The notes under the pieces are model-generated. The model did no database searches, was not told the origin of the DNA, and saw nothing but the letters and a program-made list of their open reading frames with translations. The position numbers and the translations under genes were made by a program. 64,000 nucleotides of DNA from Candidatus Omnitrophota bacterium (lineage in GTDB: Bacteria; Omnitrophota; Omnitrophia; Omnitrophales; Aquincolibacteriaceae), in assembly GCA_016196545.1 (NCBI GenBank), contig JACPXM010000036.1, positions 483-64,482 on the forward strand. Reading direction: 5' to 3'. Positions 55,433 through 63,980 of this stretch are shown in pieces. Position 1 is the first letter of the stretch. The number at the start of each line of letters is the position of its first letter.

Positions 55433-57272
55433 CTTGACCTCGTTCAATCAAAATAAGTTGAGAATTTTCGTACACATATCTTTCGAGTTCTAAGTCCTCA
55501 TCCTTAAATGATGAGTTTACCGAAAAGTGGTGGAGGTGGCCGGTGTCGCTCCCCTCCGCAAGTTTAGGAACCCTTCGCCATGAGAACCTGACCTCTGTTC
55601 GGCCATTATAACAAAAGACTTCGCACTTGGCTAAGAAAGCTTCGCGCATGCGAATCCGATCTTGTGGGTTACCAATCACCACAACCTTTTGCGCCTCTGC
55701 CAGCCTTTCAAGAAATTGGCCCACTTCGGTGTCGATATTGACAGCGACCGTGGTGTGTCCGGTTGCGATCAATCCGTCCCGCTGAGCTTCCAACGTTTTC
55801 TGTCGACCCTTTAACTCTGTGACTTTATCTTCAGGTAAAGGCGTCTCAAATTTGGTGTATGCAAGGATCATGCGATCGATCTCTTTGGTAACCGACCTAA
55901 GTTCTTTTTCAATTTGCGCAAGCCGATCCGGTTTTGCGTCAAGGAAGCGGCGCATTTTTCGCTCAAGCAATTCCTTTACCTTCTCAGGCCGTATGAGATG
56001 TTGAATCCGATCCAAAATCCCATTCATAACCCTTTGATTAATAGCGTCCTGCTTCATCATCAGATTCTTGGTATCTCTGGCATGAGTCCCTTTATGTTTA
56101 TCACCTGAACATCGATAAAATTCATCAAACACGGTTTCGCCCGTGGTTTTAATAATACGCGCATATCGATGGCCATGAAAGCGGTTTCCACAAAAGCAGA
56201 CGAGCGCTCCGGCCATCAGATATTTCGTTCCGTTCATTCTTTTCCACTTTTTGCTCGAATATGATTGGAAGCGGCCTTGAACAGCGTCAAAAACTTCAGG
56301 CGAGATAATCTGCGGCACCTTTCCTTCGATCACAATCCATTCTTCTTTCGGCTTTATGCGGTCAATGAAAAATTCTAAGTCCGCACGATCAATACCCCGG
56401 TCTTTATTTTTGCGAAAAGAAGCTGTCTCGGTTCTTAACTTGCCTATTTTTACTGTTCCTTGCCCTTGCATTTGCCAGTCAAAGCAATCGACCCTCGCTC
56501 GTTTATTCCATCGAGTAACTCCCTTATAGACCGGATTCCTCAAAATTGCCCGCACCGTATAGCACGACCATCGACCGTCAGGGTTTCGATTGTGAGCGCT
56601 GTTTCTTTTCCGGGCATTCTCGCCGGATGGAATGCCTTGCTGATTAAGCCAGATCGCTATACTCTTATGTCCCCACCCCTTCAGCGACAGATCGAATATT
56701 ATTCGCACCACTTTTGCCTCCGGTTCGTAAATAATCAGCCATGTGCAATCGCTTGCATCTTTCGTTTTTCGAAACCCATAAGGCGTTACGCCGCCGACCC
56801 AACACCCCATTCTTGCTTTTCGCATCATTCCCTGAACGACTTTGCGTGCAAGTTCTCTGGAATAATCTGCTGCCATTTGACGAGCAACTGATTTATAAAT
56901 TTCGTCTGCAGAGCTCCCGTCATTTTTCAGATTTGTGAAATGAAGCTCTATTCCGAGGTCATCAAGCAAAACTTCATACCTCATCGCTTCTTTAACATCG
57001 CGCATGAAGCGATCATATTCGCCAAAAATAATCATTTGAAAGGGGCATGAAGGCGATTGCGCATCCTTCACCATTTGATGAAATACGCTTCGTTTTCTAA
57101 TCGACTTGCCACTAACAGGTTCTTCATATCGTTTAACAATTTGTGCCGGGTGCCTCCGGGCATAATCCAGAATTTCAAATTGCTGGCGCTCAAAGGAACC
57201 CTCCTGACGTTCGCAACCGTTTTCATCCTTGCCCGAAGTTGACTTACGAAGGTATACACCGGCGTTCTTCAT
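55425..57272 (-). CDS. Large serine recombinase (integrase)
   Basis: 615 aa. Catalytic N-terminus GVYLRKSTSG...RQ, a recombinase domain, a zinc-ribbon-like CFCGNRFHGHRY...YRCSGDKHKG, and a long coiled coil. Confidence 0.92.
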   Translation of the reverse strand: MKNAGVYLRKSTSGKDENGCERQEGSFERQQFEILDYARRHPAQIVKRYEEPVSGKSIRKRSVFHQMVKDAQSPSCPFQMIIFGEYDRFMRDVKEAMRYEVLLDDLGIELHFTNLKNDGSSADEIYKSVARQMAADYSRELARKVVQGMMRKARMGCWVGGVTPYGFRKTKDASDCTWLIIYEPEAKVVRIIFDLSLKGWGHKSIAIWLNQQGIPSGENARKRNSAHNRNPDGRWSCYTVRAILRNPVYKGVTRWNKRARVDCFDWQMQGQGTVKIGKLRTETASFRKNKDRGIDRADLEFFIDRIKPKEEWIVIEGKVPQIISPEVFDAVQGRFQSYSSKKWKRMNGTKYLMAGALVCFCGNRFHGHRYARIIKTTGETVFDEFYRCSGDKHKGTHARDTKNLMMKQDAINQRVMNGILDRIQHLIRPEKVKELLERKMRRFLDAKPDRLAQIEKELRSVTKEIDRMILAYTKFETPLPEDKVTELKGRQKTLEAQRDGLIATGHTTVAVNIDTEVGQFLERLAEAQKVVVIGNPQDRIRMREAFLAKCEVFCYNGRTEVRFSWRRVPKLAEGSDTGHLHHFSVNSSFKDEDLELERYVYENSQLILIERGQDA

Positions 57273-57276
57273 TTTT

Positions 57277-57603
57277 TTAGTTCCTTACCCCTTTCTCCGA
57301 CAGCCATAAGACAAATAAACTGTCAGCAACAATTTCTTCGACGGCTTCAGCTATACCTGACGGAATTTCTTCCTCGACTTCAACATGGGTAAAATCAATT
57401 TCGGGAAGCCGGGCCTTCCGGCGCCGATACGGCCCTACAATGACGATATCAAGTTGAACCCATTCCGTTACGACTACATCATCGAACAAAACCGAATTTC
57501 CAAATTCGCAATGGATCTGAAGAATCTCGGTGAACAACCCCACGGACTCTTCAAGATTTTTTGCATTGTCATTGACATTAGCATCATTATTTTCTCTCAG
57601 CAA
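57277..57603 (-). CDS. Hypothetical acidic protein (element cargo)
   Basis: 108 aa. No motif recognised. 4 nt upstream of the recombinase start. Confidence 0.5.
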   Translation of the reverse strand: MLRENNDANVNDNAKNLEESVGLFTEILQIHCEFGNSVLFDDVVVTEWVQLDIVIVGPYRRRKARLPEIDFTHVEVEEEIPSGIAEAVEEIVADSLFVLWLSEKGVRN

Positions 57604-57648
57604 CCCAGCCTCCTTTCCTGTAAGCGAATTTCTTTACCTTGCGGATAA

Positions 57649-58239
57649 TTATCGAGCTTTGGCTGCCATGTGCTGCCTATTTCTAGCCGCCACAAGCTTG
57701 TCGCGATCGTACGCAGTTCGCATCGATCTGCGTACCCTCCCCTTCATCATACGTTCCTTCCTCGCCGCTTTTTCACATTCCTGCATGAGTTGAATGATGC
57801 TTATCATCATTTTGAAAACCATTTTCCCGGTGGCTGTTGTAGTATCCATCTGCTCTTTCACAAAACATAGATTCACGCCATGTGATTCAAATTCACGGAT
57901 TATTTCCATCCCGAACTTTGAACCCCTACTCAATCTGTCGAAACCAGCAATGAGTATTGTTGAAACGTTCCCGCCTTCAACTTCCAATCTCAGCCTCTTA
58001 AGCTCAGACCGATCAGAAACCATCCCAGAAGCCGGTGCATCAAAGAAGATGTTCTCTTTCTGCAATTCGGGAAGATTCCTTATACGGAGCCATTCATTGG
58101 CTTGCGCGACTTGCGTTTCACATGAGGCATTGCCCTTCCCTTGCTCCGCGACTGCGCTCCTACCGTAAAACACAACCTTTCCATACCCGCTTCTTTTTGA
58201 TTTGTGATTTGTCTTACGTCTTTTTGTGGTTGTTTTCAT
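57649..58239 (-). CDS. Resolvase-domain protein with displaced nucleophile serine, no C-terminal HTH
   Basis: 196 aa. Resolvase core features DAPASG, AGFDRLSR and ATGKMVFKMM are present. The N-terminal motif is YGRSAVAEQ instead of Y-x-R-x-S-T-x-x-Q. Confidence 0.7.
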   Translation of the reverse strand: MKTTTKRRKTNHKSKRSGYGKVVFYGRSAVAEQGKGNASCETQVAQANEWLRIRNLPELQKENIFFDAPASGMVSDRSELKRLRLEVEGGNVSTILIAGFDRLSRGSKFGMEIIREFESHGVNLCFVKEQMDTTTATGKMVFKMMISIIQLMQECEKAARKERMMKGRVRRSMRTAYDRDKLVAARNRQHMAAKAR

Positions 58240-58302
58240 TTTTAAAACCCTCCCGATTTTATTATTCGATTTGAATCCTCTGTTAATTCATCCGAAATTT
58301 CC

Positions 58303-58605
58303 TCACTCGTTTTCTGAAAAATAATCAAAGCAAGCTGAATGCCCCATGATTTCTCCAAGCAAATCTTCGAATATTTTTTTCTTTTCCACGGGCAATGACA
58401 GAAGATATTCGATTCTGAACTTCTTCGCAGGCCGGGGTCCGTCCACGGTACCAAAATTTTCACGCAGAAAACTCTCAAGCCGGAACGTCAGCTCCTCAAT
58501 GATTTCTGTGGATACATTTAGATTCAGGTGTTCGCCCTTCGGATTCACTTCGGAATAAAAATTGAACTCGTCCGAATGGTTCAACATCAAAGTTGTCTCG
58601 TCCAT
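58303..58605 (-). CDS. Hypothetical protein (element cargo)
   Basis: Start taken at the internal ATG (MDETTLML) to avoid a 32-nt overlap with the helicase. No motif recognised. Confidence 0.45.
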   Translation of the reverse strand: MDETTLMLNHSDEFNFYSEVNPKGEHLNLNVSTEIIEELTFRLESFLRENFGTVDGPRPAKKFRIEYLLSLPVEKKKIFEDLLGEIMGHSACFDYFSENE

Positions 58606-58624
58606 AAGCTTGTCCTTTCCTTGG

Positions 58625-59923
58625 TTATGTGTTGATCGGAATAAACAGATCCGCAACCCGATGAATCCGTTTATCGAAAATGATATCCCTAAAACCGACG
58701 GGGCGTTTCAAAACAAGACCTTCAAATGAGCGGCATCGGCTCAGAGCAACGTAGGTCTGTCCATGAGCAAACGCACCGCCATCCAAATCCACAATGGCTT
58801 TATCCAGACTCAAACCCTGGGATTTGTGAATCGTGATCGCCCAGCCAAGCCGAACAGGAAATTGTTCAAATGTGCCAATGACTTCGGGAACAATTCCTTT
58901 AATCCCATCATGTCTGTATCCGTTTTTTTCCCACTTCACCGGCTGCACGTCATAAATGCCATGATCAATTCGCACCTTCATTCCGTTCGATGCCAACTCA
59001 ACCACCTCCCCGATATTTCCATTTACCCAGCGCTTATCAGGGTCATTTTTAACCATAAGAACCTGGGCGCCAACCCTTAGCCGCAGTTGTTCGTCTGCCG
59101 GATGCGAACGCCAATCGTATTCACCGGTGACGGTTGCTTGATAAAGAAATTCTTTTCCTGGTAACTTTGCAAGGCGGGCATGATTCACTGCGTTTGCAGC
59201 AGCATTGGTGGGTGTAAGTCTCAGATACTCCTTCGCCACTTCGGCAAGCTCCGAATTAACCCGTGAGTTCAGCAATCGCAAATCGGCCTCATTGATGCTG
59301 TTGTTTCTGATCTTGTTCAGCAAAGCCATAAACTGCGGGTCTTTTTGTCGATAATTTTTTGTCAGCATGAACGAATAACAACGCATCTCTTTAAGCACGT
59401 TGGCACTAAAGAAAAATTCAGAGGCGTAGAGTTCTGAATAATGCTCCGCCAATTCTTTTTCCAGCACCGGAGGCAATTGGTAAAGGTCTCCAATCATAAC
59501 AACCTGAACACCGCCAAAAGGAGTATCGAAACGCTCTCTGTTCAGCCGCAATGCGTAATCAACTCCGTCGAGAAGGTCGGGCCTAACCATGGAAATTTCG
59601 TCGATGACGAGCAGGTCAAGCTTTTCAAAAAGTCCGTTCGCCCAGAGCCGTTTGATATTTTCTTTTTGAATCAGCGCGTGTGGAAATTTAAAGAGACTGT
59701 GTATCGTCTGTCCCTGAATATTGACCGCTGCAATGCCGGTCGGCGTGAGAACGATGAGATTCTTTCTCGTGTTCTGCCGGAGAAATGTAAGGAAGGTAGA
59801 CTTTCCAGAACCCGCTACACCTGAAACATAAACAGATTTTTCAGTCTTCTCAACAATTTCGTAGCATTGCTGAAACTCATCACTTCGCTCAAAATCTACC
59901 GGCAGAACAAGAGGCGAAATCAT
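58625..59923 (-). CDS. Pif1/RecD-like SF1 DNA helicase
   Basis: 432 aa. Walker A GVAGSGKST, Walker B LLVIDEISMV, and motif TIHKSQGLSLD. Confidence 0.88.
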   Translation of the reverse strand: MISPLVLPVDFERSDEFQQCYEIVEKTEKSVYVSGVAGSGKSTFLTFLRQNTRKNLIVLTPTGIAAVNIQGQTIHSLFKFPHALIQKENIKRLWANGLFEKLDLLVIDEISMVRPDLLDGVDYALRLNRERFDTPFGGVQVVMIGDLYQLPPVLEKELAEHYSELYASEFFFSANVLKEMRCYSFMLTKNYRQKDPQFMALLNKIRNNSINEADLRLLNSRVNSELAEVAKEYLRLTPTNAAANAVNHARLAKLPGKEFLYQATVTGEYDWRSHPADEQLRLRVGAQVLMVKNDPDKRWVNGNIGEVVELASNGMKVRIDHGIYDVQPVKWEKNGYRHDGIKGIVPEVIGTFEQFPVRLGWAITIHKSQGLSLDKAIVDLDGGAFAHGQTYVALSRCRSFEGLVLKRPVGFRDIIFDKRIHRVADLFIPINT

Positions 59924-59938
59924 TTTTGGTTCCTTTTC

Positions 59939-60463
59939 TTAAAAAACAAGGTTGTCACTCTGTTCAGGATCAGCCTGTTTAGTTTTGAGTTTGGGTTTAA
60001 TTCCCATTTTCTCCATTTCTTCCTGCTCGTGCCGTGCTATATCCTCATCAAAGCTGTCGAAAGGAGACCCCATCCAGGTAATCCACGGCCCTGTCTGTTT
60101 ACCCGTCTTCTTGTCCGTACGGTACTCAAATATGCAAGCCACCTCACGATCACGAAAAAATTCCGTCCAGTTGACTTCTTCATCATCAGCCAGATTTTTT
60201 TTCTCAAATTCCTGATAAAGTTTTTCCGCACGACTGCCCGGAAACCAATCAATTCCAATGCGGTAAATAGCTTTTTTTGTAAATATCCTCCCATCCGCAC
60301 CCGAACCTTTTATTTCCGGGAATTCAACCTTGATGTCGATACAATTCTTGTAATTCTTCGCCTCGACAACATCGATGACCTTCCCATTTATTTTTTTTCC
60401 TATCTTTTCTGCTGGAATCGGAATCTCCACGTACTTTGCTCTCCTACCGATAATGTCACCCAT
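59939..60463 (-). CDS. Hypothetical protein (element replication module)
   Basis: 174 aa. No motif recognised. An acidic C-terminal tail is reminiscent of ssDNA-binding accessory proteins; this is speculative. Confidence 0.45.
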   Translation of the reverse strand: MGDIIGRRAKYVEIPIPAEKIGKKINGKVIDVVEAKNYKNCIDIKVEFPEIKGSGADGRIFTKKAIYRIGIDWFPGSRAEKLYQEFEKKNLADDEEVNWTEFFRDREVACIFEYRTDKKTGKQTGPWITWMGSPFDSFDEDIARHEQEEMEKMGIKPKLKTKQADPEQSDNLVF

Positions 60464-60535
60464 TTCAATCTCCTTTTTTAGTTAGCTTTCGCTTTATTTA
60501 ACGCACTACGGTTGTTGTTCAGTTTCAAAGTGGAT

Positions 60536-62275
60536 TTACCTGATCCAGTCTGGCTCATCCCCACTCTCATTAAGGGACTCCGAGACAGCGTTATTAGCGT
60601 CAGTAGCGTCAAAAGCCTTGTCGGACATAGGATTGGGACTGACGCTACTCTTAACGCTACCCTCATCGGAAGCGTTAGCCGCAGCAAGCCAATCGGGGTC
60701 ATCTTCTGGAGGGCCCCCGCTACTAACGCTATTTTGCTTAACTTCTTCCAAGCGGATCATCCGATTATCCCCGGTATGTTCGCCGGTAATTATTCTTATG
60801 CCGATCCCCATAAGATTTGTTTTGATCGCGTTAAGACGCCTTGTGAGTATGTGAGCCGCTTTAGGCCAAGACTTGGCCTTCATGTCGATCTTTTCTTCTG
60901 CCGCGACCTTCTCAAGCTCGGTCAGTAAATCCGAAGGACGTCCTTGCCATACGGATTTCCCATCGAAGAAAACCTTAATCGCTGAAGCAACAGGATGATT
61001 TTCAATCGCAATTTTATTTTGATGGCTGATGTTTTCCCGGTAAGCCTTAAAAAATTCATTCCCTTTACCGCCCAAAGCTTCAGCGATGGCAAAGCCCCAT
61101 TTACAAAAATCAGCCATGCGTGGTAATTTTTCGAGCTTGACGCTCGGATAAATTCTCATGGCCGAAGATAACGTGTCGAGCATGCCTCCAAAAATCAATG
61201 GGTGCGCCTGATCAAATTCCGCCCAAAAGTCGGCCTCCTGCTTTCTGTTTTCATCAGGAATGCGCTCCAATGTCAAACAAGTAGTTCTGTCAATCAAATC
61301 TGGCCTAGTCACTGCGGGATTGATTCCGTTGAGGATAATGAATCTGAGGAATTTCAAAATAACTTCATCATCGTCGGTATAAAGTCTCCGCTTTTCAATC
61401 CCACCGCCGCTGACCGCACGGCAAAGGATGTCAGACTGCCATCCCTGCAAGCTGTCCAGATTATCAAGAGCGGGGCAATAATTTTTGTGTAGAAGCAAAG
61501 CCATATCGTCAGGTTTATTGGGGAGGGACAGGAGTTCTGCAACGGCGGGATCTACAAGACGACGAACAACCTTTGTGCTGGTTGATTTGGCGGCCCCGTG
61601 CTCTCCAATAAAAAGGAGAACCGGATGCGGTATGCCGGGGACAAGGGCCGCTACAATCATCACCAACAGCAGGAGCTTATCGCCCTCCTTGGGCAAGTTC
61701 AGGAATTTAAGCACCAAGCGAATATCGCCGCCGCGAACTGGCTCTACCTGCGCTGCGGTATTTGACCCTCGTTGAAAAACATACGGATGGTCTGAAAAAC
61801 GCCAGCCGGATGGAGTGATCTCGATAACCCGCCACTGCTTATCTCCAACATCATAGAGAAAGGCATCGCCCTGTTTGGCAACTCGGAACGACAATTTGTG
61901 ACACAGCCCATCAAATATAGCTTTGCCCTCAAGAACACTCAAAACCGAATTTATGATTTCAGAACTTGGGAGAGTGCGGTACTTTTCATAATATTGACGG
62001 TTCAGCCATCGCCTAACGTTTCGATTCTTCATCCGATAGGTTTCCCAATGGCTGTTAACGGGTATCACTACACAGGGTTGCCCTTCCTCGTCATGAAAAA
62101 AAGGGAGATCACCCGCTGCATCCATGACTTTTTTGGCTGCTCCCGCCTTTTCATCCGATTCTGTATTTTTTTTGTCATCATTACCGGCGTTATTCCGACC
62201 GTTTGATTTTTTCTTCTGCTGAACTTTTACAACTGCAATCGCTTTCTTCCCCTCATTCTTCATCATTCCCTCCAT
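60536..62275 (-). CDS. SF3-helicase-like P-loop NTPase (phage/plasmid primase-helicase type)
   Basis: 579 aa. Walker A GEHGAAKST, Walker B-like CPALDNLD, and motif C-like FIILNGIN. Basic N-terminal and acidic C-terminal tails. Confidence 0.6.
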   Translation of the reverse strand: MEGMMKNEGKKAIAVVKVQQKKKSNGRNNAGNDDKKNTESDEKAGAAKKVMDAAGDLPFFHDEEGQPCVVIPVNSHWETYRMKNRNVRRWLNRQYYEKYRTLPSSEIINSVLSVLEGKAIFDGLCHKLSFRVAKQGDAFLYDVGDKQWRVIEITPSGWRFSDHPYVFQRGSNTAAQVEPVRGGDIRLVLKFLNLPKEGDKLLLLVMIVAALVPGIPHPVLLFIGEHGAAKSTSTKVVRRLVDPAVAELLSLPNKPDDMALLLHKNYCPALDNLDSLQGWQSDILCRAVSGGGIEKRRLYTDDDEVILKFLRFIILNGINPAVTRPDLIDRTTCLTLERIPDENRKQEADFWAEFDQAHPLIFGGMLDTLSSAMRIYPSVKLEKLPRMADFCKWGFAIAEALGGKGNEFFKAYRENISHQNKIAIENHPVASAIKVFFDGKSVWQGRPSDLLTELEKVAAEEKIDMKAKSWPKAAHILTRRLNAIKTNLMGIGIRIITGEHTGDNRMIRLEEVKQNSVSSGGPPEDDPDWLAAANASDEGSVKSSVSPNPMSDKAFDATDANNAVSESLNESGDEPDWIR

Positions 62276-62282
62276 CTACTTC

Positions 62283-62528
62283 TTATCTGTCGTAAATAAA
62301 CTTCTTAACCCGGCGAAATGCATCCAGAACGTCCCGTTCTCTGCATCTCTTGCCGTAAAATTCATTGATGGCCCTTCTCAGTTCAGATGTGTCATCGAAA
62401 AGGAGAAACCATTTCCGCTCACCTTCGGCGGGTTCCCTTCCGACGATTGCAAAGCCCCGTGAATTTAGAAAAGCGGATTCATCAAGATCCTTCACGCGGT
62501 AAAGTGGTTTAGTTCCTGTAGGTTGCAT
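62283..62528 (-). CDS. Small DUF5659-like protein
   Basis: Internal ATG (MQPTGTKPLYRVKDLDESAFLNSRGFAIVGRE...WFLLFDD) of track ORF 62283..62597. Confidence 0.45.
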   Translation of the reverse strand: MQPTGTKPLYRVKDLDESAFLNSRGFAIVGREPAEGERKWFLLFDDTSELRRAINEFYGKRCRERDVLDAFRRVKKFIYDR

Positions 62529-63171
62529 TTCGCGCCTCCTGAAAATATTTCTTCCTGTCAGCAACCGCTTGGTCGAGTTCGTCAAACGTCCGATCAAGCT
62601 CTTCCTCTTTAATCAAGCTCGCGCTGTAAATTTTCGGATTGAAGAATACAATGTCTCGGCGGTGATGAGGTAAGCGATACCGCGACCTTCTTAGACAATC
62701 ATACAAATCGTTTTCTACAGCTTTATGTAACTGCTCCAGATCATCAAGCTCAGCGACACGTTCCTTGCGCTCCTGCGCCTTTTGTTTCAGCCGATTGATT
62801 TCCAGCGGAGAGAAAGAGCGCTGATAAGAAATGCCAATACGGTCGGCCAAGAACGCCACAGCATCATAAAACCTAAGATCGTAACGTTTCTGAACAAACG
62901 TGATTGCGTCTCCACCGACACCACAGGCGTGGCAGTAAAATAGATTTTTTGTGGGACTTACTGAGAGAGACGGGCGATGATCATCATGAAAACAACAACG
63001 GTAAGTATTTTTATGGCGGGTTATTCCGAGTTCCTGTTCAAACAGCGACGCTATCGGAACTTGTTTGATCTGGTCAACAATTTCGCTTTCAATCCAAGGA
63101 TAAAAATTCTTTCGTTGATATGCACTGATCTCTCTCGAAGCTTCTTTGGTGGGATTGGTAATCTCGCTCAT
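62509..63171 (-). CDS. CHC2 (DnaG-type) zinc-finger protein without Toprim/primase catalytic domain
   Basis: 220 aa. YRCCFHDDHRPSLSVSPTKNLFYCHACGVGGDAITFV, followed by a coiled-coil region. Confidence 0.75.
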   Translation of the reverse strand: MSEITNPTKEASREISAYQRKNFYPWIESEIVDQIKQVPIASLFEQELGITRHKNTYRCCFHDDHRPSLSVSPTKNLFYCHACGVGGDAITFVQKRYDLRFYDAVAFLADRIGISYQRSFSPLEINRLKQKAQERKERVAELDDLEQLHKAVENDLYDCLRRSRYRLPHHRRDIVFFNPKIYSASLIKEEELDRTFDELDQAVADRKKYFQEARNATYRN

Positions 63172-63251
63172 CTAGCCTTCTCTCTTTTCTAAGAAAAACT
63201 AGAAAGAGCGTAAGGCCGGATTAGTGACTTAAATAAAGGTCTTTATTTAAC

Positions 63252-63980
63252 CTACTCGGCTTGTTCCTTCGGGAAGATTTTAGGAAGGTCTTCAATGATT
63301 TTCGTAATTTGATCATCCGTCGGCGGGTTAGGATAGTGTTTCTTGAATAATCTACGGATTACTGGCAGCGGAATTTTCCCAGCGATCACATTGCTCCGAA
63401 CCATGTATTGTCTCAGATCTTTAAGCACGGCTTTATATCGAGGGCTGGCATCTCTAATTTTTGATGTCGATGAGCCTGACCCTCTCGTTTCGAGATACAC
63501 ACCTATAAAACGAAGGAAGCTTCTTACGATACTCAACGGATCATCGAGTGAAGGATTCTTGTCTTTTTTGATATCAAAATGAGGATGGAGCACTAATCCC
63601 ATTGACAATTGACAAGCACTATGGTCAATCACGCGCATGTAATCCGACTCAATTTTTCGACCATCCAACAATATTTCTCCCAACAGAAATTTGCGGTGAG
63701 CACTAGCCCATTGCTGGTATGTCCGCGTATTTTTGATGGCCTTGCCCTTGGCATTAGGTATTACAAGATATTTATCCCTTAACCTGGAGTTAAAAGAATC
63801 CGCAGGAAATTTCCGCCATCGTCCTCCGCCATTTTCCAATGCCATCTCGATATCAAATACCGAAAAATTATTACTGGCACGCTTTTTCCCTTTGTGAAAA
63901 CGGAGGCTGAAAGCTTCTAAATTCTCAAAACTGATTATTGTCGCCGCTTCTGCCAATAAGCGAATTTTACCCATAGTCAT
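63252..63980 (-). CDS. Hypothetical protein (element cargo)
   Basis: 242 aa. No motif recognised. Confidence 0.45.
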   Translation of the reverse strand: MTMGKIRLLAEAATIISFENLEAFSLRFHKGKKRASNNFSVFDIEMALENGGGRWRKFPADSFNSRLRDKYLVIPNAKGKAIKNTRTYQQWASAHRKFLLGEILLDGRKIESDYMRVIDHSACQLSMGLVLHPHFDIKKDKNPSLDDPLSIVRSFLRFIGVYLETRGSGSSTSKIRDASPRYKAVLKDLRQYMVRSNVIAGKIPLPVIRRLFKKHYPNPPTDDQITKIIEDLPKIFPKEQAE

